Shown piece by piece: positions 1-21,031 of a stretch of DNA of 64,000 nucleotides. The notes beneath the pieces are model-generated. The model made no database searches and was not told where the DNA came from. It worked only from the letters and a program-made list of their open reading frames with translations. The stretch is from NCBI GenBank assembly GCA_963693365.1, contig CAVNZM010000001.1, forward strand, positions 2,434,907 through 2,498,906, given 5' to 3'. This DNA is from Amoebidium appalachense. Lineage: Eukaryota > Protista > Ichthyosporea. Made by a program: the position numbers and the translations under genes. Each line of letters opens with the position of its first letter. The stretch's first letter is position 1.

Positions 1-48
1 ACGTGTGGATGTGAGAGTGACCGATGCATGGTTGCACTTGGCACGTGT

Positions 49-99
<51 letters not shown>

Positions 100-438
100 G
101 TGTGAGTGACAAGTGCGGTTTACATATTTATGTCTGTGTGTGTGTGTGTGAGTGTGTGTGTTTGTGTGTGTGTGCACGCACACGCCTGTGTGTGGCTCAG
201 GTGCCGTTTACGACTATGTGTGTGAGTGTGTGAGTGTTTGTATGTCTGTGTGTGCACCCGTGTGCATGTGTGTGCGTGCACATGCGTGCGTGTTGTGTGC
301 GGAACGTGCACGTATGCACGTGTGGTATGTGCCGCATGTGTGTCACTGCTCACAAATCCGGCTTGAAAGGCGAATGTAAGCTTGTAAAGAATAGGTCGGT
401 GAGAGCACCGTACAAAAAGCACACAGCGGGAAACACAC

Positions 439-983
439 CCTCAGGAACGTCCTCCGTGTCGTGCACCTGCTTGTATACGTCGGCTGCATAGTCCACCATG
501 TTCGTCTTTTGCAAAAGCGCCAGTTTGGCCTTCAGCAGCTGGTTCATGGGGTACATCTGCAAAAGAACAAGGTAAGAAACGGGCTCTCGTGTACACAAAT
601 GACACAGAGAACGAGTCCCACAGCAGGCCCGGATCACAAACTGCCTGTAACCCATCTCGAGCATATAGGGATGCGGACACCATAAGTCTCTCAAGTCAAG
701 GGTAGAAAGATGGCCCGGAATGCACCGCAAATAATCATGAGCTGCTCACCAGCAGGCCCTAACTTTTCGGCCGACTGTCATATGACGAAAGGTGTAAAAA
801 AACCGAGTACTACACACTATTCTTCACACCACAAGGCTCCCTCCCACCCAACAAACAGACCTCAAACACCCACAAAAGCCACATATCACGAACCTTGCTG
901 AACTCCAGAAACTGGATGAGGGGAAAAGTCAAGTGCCTGTCCAGGTAGGGGAAGATCGTGGGGGTGAGGTCGTAGTTCGCCAT
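439..983 (-). CDS. eIF3e: Eukaryotic translation initiation factor 3 subunit E, first two exons; gene continues off the left edge
   Basis: Exons 983-894 (MANYDLTPTIFPYLDRHLTFPLIQFLEFSK) and 556-439 (MYPMNQLLKAKLALLQKTNMVDYAADVYKQVHDTEDVPE) with GT-AG junctions; YDLT..I..YLDRHL.FPL..FL and LL..TNMVDY are eIF3e/INT6 N-terminal signatures. Confidence 0.95.
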
Positions 984-2140
984 GTTGCCGTGAGATTTAT
1001 GTGACTACCGCCCTAAGTGTGCTTATAGCAAATACAAGTCCACAAAGGCACAAACTAGTGAACTAAACTTAAATGCTAGGTGAAAACACTAAAAAACTAG
1101 CGTGAGGGTTGCTTCACCACACACGCGAACCAGACTTGAACTTTGTGTGACACAGCACGTCACAAAGCGACCGATTGGGCAGTCACGTGGATCGCAGAGG
1201 CAGGCAAATCATGGCTGGTGACGTTCTAAAAATAGCTCACTGAGCGCGCCAAAATTTGGCAGGCTGGCGTGTCTCAGGCACCGGTACATGCAAATACACA
1301 TGGCAAGTATTTTTTTTGTAGGTGCACATTTTGCCATGCACCATATGCGTGTGGCGCATTCAGCTGTGAAATGCTTGAATGAGACTAAAGGGCGTATGTG
1401 AAACCAATAACAACATAATCACTGGCTACAAACAAACGCAAACTGAGCCATGACAAGGGTAACTGAACAGCTTGCCAGACATAGCCATGCCACAACTTTC
1501 TAACTGGAGTCGTTGTGAGAACATGCCTGGGCACCGAACAATGCATATGAACGGAGGCTGGCACTGCCAGTTTTGCAATGGCAAATTACACACACTGAAG
1601 CCGTGCAGGTACGTAAAAGGGGGAAGACTAGAGGGCAGGAAAAGGGCAACCTTCAAGGTTGTACAAGCTTTGACAAAGGCCTGAGCCATGATCGGGTCCG
1701 GTATACGTAGGGCTCTCGTCTCGGTTGAATGATCATCATCGTAATAATAAGCAATATTTATTTTGTCAGACTGTGTTTCTTCAAGCACTCCCTGAACCTG
1801 TTCCGCCGTACCTTTCTGGCTGCTATTCTTCTTGATCGTTAGATTACGAGTGTGCATGCAAAGACGCGTCACAAGGTGTTGTTACGTGCTAATGAGGGAT
1901 CAACAAAGTTACCAAACAGCCGCCCTGCAGCTGTTGAAAAAGACCTACGTGTTGGTTATCACCATACTCTGCACATACAGCATGCTCCAAAGACGGCTAT
2001 TCATCAAAACTGCGACCAGCGCAAAAAACAAAACATCCACTATCTATTTAGCAACACCACCATGACAACGTTCAAGCAAATCAGGAGCAAAGCAGCTGAA
2101 GACTAGAGAGTCAAGAAGAACATAGCTGGTGGCACCACAC

Positions 2141-4307
2141 CTAGCCCAGCGAGGGGAACTGGTTGGCATCGTTGAGGCTGATAGCCCCCTGCCCCTGAGT
2201 TCTTGGCCGGTCAGACCCACGTCCCCTGCCCGAGCCCTCCCCACCACGGCCACCGCGACCACCACGGCCACGGCCCCTGCCAGCAGAGCTGGCGCCATCA
2301 TCCTCGTAGCGTATCCTCAGGAGGTCCTTAGACACATCCTGCTTGGTGACCTCCTTCTTGTGCTCCTTCTTCTTGTCCTTCTTGGTGCCGGCAAAGAGAG
2401 AATCCTCCTGCACACGAACCCTTGTCAGAAACCATTCTGCAGACACCTACGGCTATGTCTTGTTTACCTTTTTACTGTAAAAAAATGCTGTGGCACGAAG
2501 TGCAAAGTGCATGTGCAAGAGCGCAGGGGTAGGAGATGACGGCACCATTCCGGCAGCGGTCCACAAAGTTTACACTCCAATACCCTCTAAAAGGCTGTGT
2601 AACTGAAACGGCACTACCTTGAAACGAAGCAACATCCAGCAGCTAACCACAACCAAAGTACGTGGATTTATGGGATTGAATAGGGCCGAAACAACCAACC
2701 CACCTCCTCGTCTTTCTTCAGCACGGTCGTGTTCTTCCACTGTGAGTCGTCCTCACCCTCGCCAGCAACACGGGGCTTGAGGTCAAGCGCCGCCAGCTTA
2801 GCCCTCTCCTCCTCGAGCTTCTTCTTGTACTGCTCCATGGTCATCTGCTTCTCCTCGGCCAGCTCCTCGGCCGTCTTCTCAACAACGGGGGCTGTGGTGC
2901 CACAACATAAGTATGTTTCTTATGAAACGAGGAAGCCCTAACAAGTGAATATGGAAGCCTCAAGAAGCAGTTTTCAATCCAACAGATTTCTGTACAGGTC
3001 TGTGCTTAGAGCATCGTCGGCAACCTTCACCTACAGAGCCAACACAGCACGTAAAGTGCAACATCACTTACCCTCAGCCTCGGTCTTCTCGGCACCCTCT
3101 GCGCCAGCCTCAGCTGCGGGAAGCTCATCGGCAGAGCTCGTTGCAACAGCCTCGTCCCTAAGGAGAAGGTATAGAATGTTACCAAAGGCGCCACAGCAAG
3201 AGAGCTCACACATCAAGAGGTAAGAAAGCCTCCAGAAGCGAGTATCAATCAAACGGTTTTATGAACAGGTCTGTGCTAAAACCATCTTCGGCTTTCGACC
3301 CAAAAAAGACTAACCAAACAGTCTCCATCCCTTGAATACACTTCAAACACAAACAAAAGAAATAGCATACTCACCTAGGCCCTCACAAAGAGGACGTCAG
3401 CACTGCCTCACACAACCAGCCTTCCTACAAACAAGCCCCCTCTCGTTTCTCTTACCCCTCCGCCCACACTTACTTGCTGTCACCGTCCTTGCCCCAGTTG
3501 AAGCGGCCACCACCGCTGCGCTTCTCCTCCCTGTTGCTTCCAGGGCCACCGCGCGAGTGACGGTCCATGCTGCCCGGGGCACGAGGGGGTCTGCCCTCAC
3601 CCTCGAAGCGACCGGTACGGCGCTCATCACGCTGCTCCTCCGAGGGAGGGTCAGCACCACGGGGGGCGCGGTCACCGTCCTGGCGGGGGCGGGCGGGGCG
3701 GTCGCCACCACGGCCACGGCCACGCTCGCCACCACGGCCACGTCCGCGGCCACGGTCCCCACCATCACCACGCCCTGCCACATGGAAATATGGTGGTTAT
3801 TATCATTCGCTCACTCGGTAACACCTTGTATTGACTGCTCCGCAACACAAGAGTGCTTTCAACGATGTATTCATACACAGTTATCAGCGCACAACATGCT
3901 GCCCCAGAAGCTCAATACATGCCCCAGAGTTTGGAAAGGGCTCATGGGAAAAATGGGGACCATGAGAATCCTGCATGGAAAACGTCGCCGTCGAAGGTCA
4001 CGGATGCACGAAGTAAAAGGGTGTATAGCAGCTCTTATGTTTCCAGGACACTTTGCTCTGCGTTTCTCGACCCTACCTACACGGAACACTACATCAGAAC
4101 CGCCGGATGGCCTCGGATGGTGTCTGATTGCCCCCGAAACCTCGATCGATGCTTACCAGCGGGGCGGGAGACCTCAGCCTTTTTGGCGGGGGCAGCGGGC
4201 TTAGGGGCCTCCTTCTCCACGACCTTTGCGGGGGCGGGAGGCGGGGCCACAAAGCCATCGCCATCCGCGTCCAAGAACGCGAAGCGATTCGCGGAGTCGA
4301 AGCTCAT
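2141..4307 (-). CDS. SERBP1: SERBP1/HABP4/Stm1-family RGG-rich ribosome/mRNA-binding protein, 5 exons
   Basis: Exons 4307-4157, 3774-3474, 3157-3072, 2891-2704, 2407-2141 splice in frame. Motifs: N-terminal NRFAFLD, RGG boxes, DRHSRG...EKRSGGGRFNWG, KQMTMEQYK...RVAGEGEDDSQWK, C-terminal LNDANQFPSLG. Confidence 0.92.
2957..3021 (-). ncRNA. Intronic box C/D snoRNA candidate, U25/snR56-like (copy 1)
   Basis: Minus strand carries CACAGACCUGU, antisense to the conserved 18S rRNA segment ACAGGUCUGUG, followed by A-CAGA (D'-like); GCC/GGC terminal stem; paralogous to the copy in the next intron. Confidence 0.7.
3224..3296 (-). ncRNA. Intronic box C/D snoRNA candidate, U25/snR56-like (copy 2)
   Basis: Same 18S-antisense guide CACAGACCUGUU; 7-bp terminal stem GAAAGCC/GGCTTTC; lies in intron 2 of the SERBP1-like gene, sense to the host. 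Confidence 0.7.
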
Positions 4308-6469
4308 TTTCGCCGAGGATGGGCGGTACAAACCGTGCCCAACCTGAATGATTCCTACGCTAAACAACGAAGAACGATCAGAAACGGAGCGAACAGCGCA
4401 CATGTGCCCAGTGCAACAGCTGAGCACAGTCTTGCCATGGTAGGCAGACAGGTGCTGCGTGATATAAGATTTCAGAAGAGAACATTAAAATTATGAAAGC
4501 GTTTAGATGTTTTTTTTTGGCTTCTTTACTAAAATTATTATTCACATATCATTGGTGTTTATAAGTGTTTGTATTGCCGGGCTAATGGCGGCAAATAAGG
4601 GAACCAATCAAATTAATTGTTGTTGAGAGATTTGATTGGTGAAGCGCGCACCCGCGCACCCGCCCATGCCCAGGCAGCAGCCCAAGGCTGCCAGCCTGCG
4701 AGGGAGGGCCTTGCATGACCGCGATGCCATGAGCATGCTGAAGGTTGCCTCACGGCCACCACCCAGATTGAACGACTCCCCAGTTCCTTGTAAAATAGGC
4801 GAAGAAAATACAGAAAAATACTTTATATGATGTATCGTCACGCCTGCGGCCAAGGGGTCTTGTTGGACCTGCGATGCGAGGCTCAAAGACTTTATCCACG
4901 TGTATCATATTTATGAGTGATCCGAACTAGTAGCCAGGTCAACATACAATTAACCAGCCTTGAGCTCTTGTTCATGGATCCAGGACCGTGTCAAGAGCCA
5001 TGTTATCATAGACTAATCAGTTGGCAGGGCTAGGAAGAAGCACCCCGTGGTAATAGCTCTCTGTGATGAATGGTGACTGCGATGATGTAGTACTCCAATC
5101 TGCTCGCCCTCACGAACTAGTTCTCAAACACATGCATCATCCATAGCATAGTGCAGTGTACCGATGATCACGATGTTTGGGTGGCCCAAGTCAACATCAT
5201 GAACGATCGATGTCATAAACAATGCCAAAACACGATTGGCTTGCCTTGTATAGACATGAGCACTGGTGATATTTGTTGATGACGGGTGTGCGCGCGAAAA
5301 AAAATTTCAACACGGTGCACTCAAAGGCCTGCCTAGCTGTGCCAGCTGCAGAGTACTGTACCCGATGACTTCTTCACTGGCACGCATGCACAGCACTATA
5401 GCTACCCGCTGGCCCTTGATAATAAATAGGTATAGTATTTCACATAGGGGGCGCGGCGGAGTTTAGTATAGAATATTAGTCACGGTCTGCATGCGCAGTG
5501 ACCACCGCGCGCGTGCATACGTGATGCCATACGCATCATGAAGCGCCGAGTTGAGGGTGTGTGTGTTAGTGCACGTCGACGCAATGGTGCACGTGTGTGC
5601 ATGTGCGGGTGGGGGAGGTGGGGGTTGTCAAGGGGTGGTAACATGGGGCAGTATCATTGAATAATAAGCTGTATGAGCTTATGTACTGCAGCCCCACTCA
5701 TCGTGGCACCAGTTGGGTCCCGGGTAAAGGGTTGCTCATGACATGTAAATATTTTTATATTTTTTTTTATATTCATTTAATAATAAAAAACACACCGTCT
5801 ATACCCGGAAAGCCGTAAAAAAAATATCCTGGCCGGAGAGCCGTAATATAGCAGGAGGCTACACATACCAGCTACAGACTGAATGCTGCAGTCAAAATCA
5901 AGGCAGCTGGCATATGTATTAATAATAATGATCATGTGTGTGTACAAGTAGAAGGACAGTCTAGCCGCTAGTCTAATCCCTGCACCATTTCATTAAAACT
6001 TTCAGCCTATTATAGGATAACTCTAACTAAACATCAATGAATCATACAAAGAGAGAAAGAGAGCAAGTCACTGGCAGAAAATCATTGGGGTTCACATGTT
6101 ACAGCATTAGGCTAAGTGTGACTGTGCCGTGTTTTGTATTTCCATACCCATGTGTGGCACAAGTATGTTGTGTGCAGTGTGGGCAGAATGAGAGAGAGTG
6201 TATATGTATGTGTGTGAGTTATATGTGTGTGTGTGTGCGCGCGCGCGCGTGCGTAAAGTGTGTGTGTTTGTGGGGTGGAGGGAGGAATCGTGTGTGTATG
6301 TATGTGTGTGTTTGTGTGTGTGTGTGTGTGCGCGCGCGCGCGTGCGTGAATGTGTGTATTTGTGGGTTGGAGGGAGGAATCGGGATAAACACCTTGAGTA
6401 GGCATCATGATACATCACTCAGCAGTAGCATACACACATGTGCCAGCGCTAAATTAACAAAACTCCACA

Positions 6470-13181
<6,712 letters not shown>

Positions 13182-14077
13182 GACGTAGGGTTACCGACCT
13201 GGATGTGAGAAGAGTGTGAGAAAAAAGCAGGCACACGTTACAGTTAGTTGGGTCCCCGTTCTAACTTTCAACACGTTGAACCTCCTTGTTCGCTTTAATT
13301 TCTGACAACTTGTTCGTGATTTAGGCGATGCACACCTTGAAGCGAATACAGCCTCATACAGGAACATGGCACAGCACAGCCACTCATCCGCCCCAACCGC
13401 AAAACCCTTACGGTCGTGAACAAAAAGCTTTTTACCACACACACCCCTTCTGCCCCCCTTTTGTCCGGAGGGCCTTACAGGTTCGACCTTCGGCAACCAC
13501 ATTAAGTCGGGTAAAAAAAACAGAAGCTGCTATTACGGTAATGCAAAGGCTCAGAAACCCTAAGTTTTCCTACGAAGATAAGGAGTTGAGCCTCTTTGAA
13601 GAGCTAAGTCTCACCTCTTACACGTGCTGCACCTGTAGCTGCTTGATGTGTGTAGAGCCTTACTGAGCTATACTGAGCTGTGCTGTACTGAACTCAGGGA
13701 ATCGACCGTTTCGCCCAAAAACTGGGCCGGCGCGGCGGCGCGGCCTTATGGCCTCTTCATACCTTCCTTGCAGCACATTCCGATCTTAAGTTTAAGCCTA
13801 TCAAATTTGGTAAATCATCAACAAATTAGATTACTTCAGTTTTGGCGGGAAAAATCTGATATCATAAGAGGGCGGCGTTTTTCCGAACAGACTACATATA
13901 TGTACCTACTAGAGCTAATTAGGCAGAGAAAGGGTTCAGAGTCTCACATGGTGCATGGACCGTCACTTGAGTGGCACATGCCTATTTCACTCCTGTTATA
14001 ATACTTTTGAACGGATTAAGTGCGAGTGAAGGTTGAGCGACAAGAGGTTCGATATTGTCGCCTTTCACACACAAAGA

Positions 14078-15782
14078 ATGGCCGACCAGGAGCTTCCAGA
14101 GGAGGACTACGACACTGACTACGACGAGAGATTGACTCAGTTTGACCTGAGTGCCTCCAAGTTCTCTGGAAGGCATGGTGGCTCCAGGTAAGCATTTATG
14201 CCAGCGAACGCGAATGCTGCAGCTTGAAGCCTTTCTGTTCTTGATAAGGATTGCCTTTAGCAGTCAGTCCACCCAAAGTTTGCTTACTTGTTTTGTTTTG
14301 CTTATGATTTTTTCTCCACAGGTACTCTCGGGCTGTGAGGCAGAGCTGGGTAGCAGAGAGGCCCGTCACGACTGCTGAAAACAGGTGTGTTTGTATTTGT
14401 CTTCAGATGAAGCCGAAGTTCGCTTCTTGTCTAACACACGCCTCACTAGTTCTCTTGAATTTTGCTTTTGTTTCTCTGTTTCCCTGTGTCCTAGGCCATT
14501 TTTTTTTTCGTAGCCGCTGTTCCCCTGCCTCTTCATATGTACGCTAGCTATATGAACCTCTGCCTCTTTGGGAAATACCATAGAATAGTGAGGGGGGCAG
14601 ATGGAGCGGTAAAGGCCAGGGAGCGGGTGAACAGTGAATGCTCAGGGCAAGCAACATGACCCCCCTACCCCCCCCCCCCCCCCCTCCCTTCCCCCCCCCT
14701 CCCCTATTCCCCTTGCCATACGATTACCGACTCTAGCAAAAGTTTCTCTTTTATTCCCTATATCTGGTATCCGGATCTTGGCCTGTGGTATTTGCGTATG
14801 TTTATGTGAAGAGTGGAGAGGTGGTTCGGAATATTGGTTCCGAAAGCCAGTTGGAAAGGGGGGGAGGGTGGGTGGGTGAGGGGGGGGGGGGGGGGGAGGA
14901 GGGGGGGGGGGGGGGGGGGGGAGAGAGAAACAAGGTGCCCACTGGAAAGCATGTGTGTGGGTGTGTGGGTGGGTGTGTGTGTGTATGGGGGGGGGGGGGG
15001 GGGGGGGGGGGGGAGGGGGGGGGGGGAGGAAGGTATAAAGAATAGGGTTGGGAGGGGGTAAGGGGCGGGGGGAAAGGGGGGGGGGGGGGGGGAGGGGGGG
15101 AGGGGAAAGGGGGAGGGGAGCTTATTGGGTTTCTCACAAATATGTGCATAAACTTGTGGTTAGTACGATGGTTTTGATTTTTATTAGTTTGGCCTCAGTG
15201 TGGGTAGGGAATTTTGGTTAGTAATAGGGCTCTTTCAAGCCCAAATTCTTCAAGTGAGTGATACGTTTGTGTGCGCTCTTTGTCAGTGGAAAAGTGATAG
15301 TCTTTTTGGGCGAGCTGTATGCCTCTACCAGGCTTGCGCTGTAGCTTCTAGAATTTTATGGGTGGGAGTGATGACACCATGATGTCCCTTTTGCGTGGAT
15401 AGGGTGGGCAAAAGAGTGGAAGGTTGGAAGCTTGAGGTTACCACTGCAAAACCCTTTTTCTTGTTTGCTTGCATTGTTTATTATTGATGGTAATATTAGC
15501 AGAGGTTCTGGGTACAGGTACCATGTACATACTAGTTGTAGGCAATTAGTGCACGTGTTTGGGTCCCACCTTCCTCGTTCCTTTGAAATTTTTGAGTGTG
15601 TGCCCGTTATTGGAATTGCAGATGCCTGTTTGGGTCCCACCTTCCTCGTTCCTTTGAAATTTTTGAGTGTGTACCCGTTATTGGAATTGCAGATGCCCAG
15701 GAGTTTCAAATCTTCTAGTGGTGGTTGCGGTGAGGGTGGGGGTGAGAGTGGCGGTTGGGTGGGTGGTAAATGGGGCGTGGGG

Positions 15783-15813
<31 letters not shown>

Positions 15814-15909
15814 GTTGTACAATGAGGTATTGGCGTGGATGTGATGATAATGTTCTACCTATTCTAGAGAAACAATCTGGTCCTGTAGTTACACTTGGAA
15901 ATCCTTGTA

Positions 15910-15947
<38 letters not shown>

Positions 15948-16430
15948 GGGGGGCCTCACTTTCATCCTCTCTTGTGCTGTGTCAGTACACGTGTGCATGT
16001 GCACACACACACACACACTACACACAACTGTCGAGGTCGATTTGTGCTAGGGGTTGGGGTGGAGATGATATTTGTGTGTGTGTGGGAGGGTGGGTGGGTG
16101 CAAGAGGATGGGGGGGGGGTGGAGGGGGGTATTCGAAAGGCATTTGGAGGAAAGGGTGGCAGTGACACATGTACGAACGACTGAGGTTTGAGACATCTGT
16201 CAAGTTTGTTATGTTGTTGTTGTTATATACCTCTTCCTGTCATATTGTCTTCAAACACACATGTTTTCTGCTTCTGACAGCCAGCAAAGAGGAACCCGCA
16301 GGGGAAGGCCCCCGGTGCACATATCCCGTCCAAGACATTATGGCAAGGTAGTCTCGGTATTATCTGCTTGTAGCTTTTTTTTTTTTTTTGTGTGTGTGTG
16401 TGTGTGTGTCCGTGCGTGTGTGGGTTGTGT

Positions 16431-16461
<31 letters not shown>

Positions 16462-17135
16462 GGGGGGGGGGGGAGGAAGGGGGGGAGAGAGAAAGAGAGA
16501 GATAGGTAGGTGGGTGGGTGGGGGGGGGGGGGGGGGGGGGGAGATACCAAATTCTACCTAAGTGAGCTGCATCTTTCTGTTGCTTCATTATTGTCAGAGA
16601 GAGCGTTGAACAATTTAAACGTTTTCTCGATGGATGTAAATGTTGGCCGTGCTTGTGCGCTTTATTCATTTTTGGGTTCCCTTTTTTAAACCGTTGTGTT
16701 CTGAAAGCTTTTCATACTGTGGGCCAAATCTTTGATTGCTTGGCCCCACTTCTTGGTGTGTTCTCTGTCTTTAGTTCTGAACTGACCAATATTGATTTTT
16801 GTATTTTGTGTGAAGTAGGAACATGGTGTGTGTGAGTGTGAGGTATCCAAGAAAGAGCACATTACATTGCATGGTAGGGCAGAACACTTTACGCTATGTG
16901 AAAGGATTGGCGGCTTGACTGTACTCTGTCTTTGTGTGTGTGTGGTTCTAGAGATGTTGGGGGAAGGGCTGAGTTTTTTGTTCTTTCACTATTCTATTTC
17001 CATTTTTTTGCCTTTTTAAATTCTTTTTTCCTTTACGTCTTTTCTTTTTTTCTTTTCTTCTTTTCTTTATGTTTGGTTGATTGGTTGATTGGTTTTGAGG
17101 TTGTTTAAATGTCTTTTTTTTTTTTGGGGGGGGGT

Positions 17136-17166
<31 letters not shown>

Positions 17167-17307
17167 GGTTGGTTGGTTCTTTTTGGGATGCAGAATGCAT
17201 GCTTGAAGGTGCTTGGATGGGCTTTGGAGGTGGTTGTTTGGGGGCATAGGGAGATTCGGTAGGCCTGGGTTTTTTAACAAGTATCCATGGGGACAAGTAC
17301 TGACCAC

Positions 17308-17350
<43 letters not shown>

Positions 17351-17995
17351 CACATGTACACACACACGCACACAACACAGACAGTGAGGCAGAAAAAGAG
17401 AGAGGTGGTGGTGGGTTGGTGGGGAACATCACATTGCATGTGGATGCTTTTCGGGCACACTACCCATCCAACACACACACAAGAGCAACCAGACAACCAC
17501 ACTGCACATAACACGTACAGTTCCACCCCCACCCCCACCCGCCTCTCCCACCGGCACGCTCACCCACTCACCCACCCACCCACCACACCGTCACAGGCAC
17601 ACACAGGCACACACGCACCTATACACACACATAAATTCAACACACACACATGCAATTTTCCAAACTCAACTCAACTCACACACACACATGCTCACACTAG
17701 TACTTGTTTGTACCCACATGCTTGGTGCTGAGCCATAATTCACATATGCAGCCACAGCAGCGCAACCGCGAGCCACTCCACCCCCTGCAGGAAAGTGGCT
17801 TCGTGTCTGGTCGGGTGGTCAGATCCCGTGCACACCAGGCCAGCTTGAGGTATAACCCTTCTCCCCCCCCCCCTTCCTTGCCCGTGCTCATTGTACACTT
17901 TGTACAAATGCAAGGGGAGAAGGGTGCGGAGGGACGGGGAGGGGGGGGGGAGGGGGGGGGCTGGCTCTGTATTACCTGAGGGGCCACACACACAC

Positions 17996-18046
<51 letters not shown>

Positions 18047-19342
18047 ACACGAACACGAACACACACGAACACAACTTTTGTACTGGTTCCTTGACATCAT
18101 GCCGTGTACCCACCGCTGTGCTTTCATACACCCCGGCGGTCACCTAGAACTATTTCCATTGTGGTGAAAAGGGGAAAATACGTGTGAATGGCAACGGCAG
18201 TGGTGTTTGTAGGGGGATAAATGGTTGAGGGGGGAGGGGGTGGGGTGGGGGCGGGGGGGGGGGGTGGGGGGGGGGGGGGGGGGGGGGGGGGGGAGGGAGA
18301 GAGAGAGAGAGAGACGGGGGGAGAGGGGGGGGGGGGGGGGGGGGAGGGAAGTGAGAGCCTCAGATAAGTGCGGTTAGAGCAATGAGGATGAGGTGAAGCG
18401 CAAAGTGCAGCCACACAACTTAATTAAAGAAAAAGAAAGGTGTGTGGTAGTGGAGGTGGTGGTGAGGGGGTGGTGGTGGTGGTGGTGGCGGTGGCAGTAG
18501 TGAGTGAGCGTGCACGCCCGTGCGCACGCGCGTGTGTGTACGTGCGTGCTGATGTGTGTCTGCATGGGCGCACGTGCTTTTTTCCTCGTATGTGTGGGGG
18601 GGGGGGAAGGGGAGGACGGGGGGGGGGGGGGGTTGTTATTTGATTCGCATCCTCCCTGTCCCCCTCTCCCCCCCCCCCCTCCCCCACAGTCTGGCCCCAC
18701 AAATATAGAGTCTGTGTTGTGCCATACTATGTGGGCATATGCAGAAAGGTGTTCGTGCAATTCATAAACGGGAAGGTGCCAAGCGATGATGGTGCTGCTG
18801 CTGCTGCTGTGTGGGTAGGTGGGTAGGGTGTTGGTGGCTGTGATGGTGTGTGTGTGTTTTTTGGGGGTGGGGGGGAGAGGGGGGGGGGGGAGGGGAAGGA
18901 GGAGGAATCGATACATGGGACACAAATTTTGATATCTTTTTTGCTGATCTACGCACGTGTGAATCCAAACAACAGGAAATTACTGCCCCCTGTGAAAGAA
19001 GATGAGGTCCACCATTTCCCATCCCAACAGCATGAGCACAACCCCGGCCTAGGTGCGCCACACTCTCAAGAGTACTATGACGTCACTTACCCCCAGCAAA
19101 ATGACGTCAACAGGAACCATGGGTACCATGACGCCGCACAGCAGCCCCAAGAATACGTTCCTCCGTATCAACTTGCCCAGTCCCGAGAGTACTATGACGT
19201 CGCACAGGCTCGAGAGCTCAATCCACCCAGTCATGCTGCACCCACATTCGAGCCCTTCCCCCCTGTAAGCACCACAAAGCCTATTCCTTGGCAACTTTCT
19301 CGAACGTTTGGACCGGTAGGTGTTGATTTGTGTGCCCCCTCC

Positions 19343-19374
<32 letters not shown>

Positions 19375-21000
19375 ACACACACACACATACACACACACAC
19401 ACACCCTGCCACCTTTTCTACTGCAATGTAGGTCCGTAGTGGTATTGAGTTTGCTCTCTCTATGTTGCAGTTTACCTCCTACCGAGTGATTGGTCTTCGT
19501 TCTTCCGTTTGTGTGGCCCCCCCTCCCCCGCAGCCCCCTTCCTCCCTCGTCCCTCATCTCCTTCCACTGGCCCACCCACCCAATGCCATGATGGAGGGGA
19601 AGGGAGGGAGGGGCAATGAGGCAGGGTGCGGGGATTTGGGTGGGCTGCAGCATGTTTGTTGTGTCTCTTCCATTCTCTACCTCCTACCAGTCTCCTCGTC
19701 GCTTATTATTTCTGTCTTTTAACTTTCCCTGTTACAGCCCAGCCCCCCCCCCCCCCCCCCCCCCCCCCTCCCCCCCTCCCCTAACCCTCCTTTCTCCCTT
19801 CCTCATACCACCCATCTACCTAGAAAACACCCACCAACATTTGACTCTTCCTCCTAATGTTTAAAAAGATGCTGGAAAAGGCCGCTGTGTGTTTGTGTCT
19901 GACTCTCTCTCTGTGTGTGTGTGTTCTTTTCTTTTTTTTTTTGGTTGGGGGGGAGGTGAGGGGAGGGGGGGAAGGTGGGAGGGGAATTGGTTGGGCATGC
20001 CTTTTCGACCCCAAAACATGCCAAAACATAGCATTTTTCCGTCGTCACACTTCATTTGCAGCAACCGCCTATCTCTCCCACACTCGCACTGCATTGCAGG
20101 CCGTGCGTGCTCTGCCCCCCATTGCCGAGAAGGATGAGTGTGCAGCCTCTGTGCCTGACGTCATGTCATCCCCCTTCATGGACCCCTTCCCTCCACTGCC
20201 GGTGCCTTGGGTAAGTATACTTCATATTGTACTGCCTTCTAACCCTTTCCCCCCCCCCCCCCCCCCCCCCCCCCCTCCAACACACACACACACCCGTTTC
20301 TACTCGAGTTGCATACTTTTTGTGTCACGGTGTGTGCTTTTGAGTGGTGCGTGTGTTTTGTAGTAGGATGATAATCTGTATTTAGTACCGTGCACTGCAA
20401 TCTAATCCCCCCCCCCCCCAGGTTTTAAAGATCTTCTTTGCTGTGTACTCGTCTGATGTGTATTTCGTGATGTGTAACATCCCCCCCCCCCCCCCCCTCC
20501 CTCCCCCCCCCCCCAAAAAAAAAACCCCCCTCTCGGAGAAGCTACTGTGATAAGATAACGCACCTCATTTTTATTCTTTGATCAAGAGATATTAGCGTCC
20601 ACCGCCCCCCCCCCCCCACCTCCCCCAAAAAAAAGGAAAAAAAGAAAAAAAAGAAAAAGAAAATGAAGAAGAAAAGAAGAAAAAAAGGGGAAAAAAGAGA
20701 AGAAAGAAAATATAAGAATTAAAATACCCTCCACCCCATCTCTTTCTATCGAGCAGGTGAAGGAGGTGTGTACCCCCTTTTTTGTTGATTGAATGGCGCG
20801 TGCGGGTTAACCGGCACGTACCGGAGTGTTGGTTACACGTACACAGCCCCCCCCCCCCCCCCCCTCCGGGGTCCCCCCACAGCTTTTTGAATTTGCCATG
20901 CTTATGATGAATACTCTTTGTTTGCCACGGTGTATGTTGCGACATTGCATTGTGTTGTCTGTCGTGAACGTTTATTTGGGACCGTAACACATTCTTGTGC

Positions 21001-21031
<31 letters not shown>

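Noticed and set aside
1680-1745. Box C motif ATGATGA on the minus strand
   Set aside because: No matching box D, terminal stem or recognisable guide.
3332-4204. 290-aa plus-strand ORF
   Set aside because: Antisense shadow of the GC-rich SERBP1-like exons.
4640-5280. Coding-like decayed sequence upstream of the SERBP1-like gene
   Set aside because: Frames are broken and no motif is recognisable; no call can be supported.
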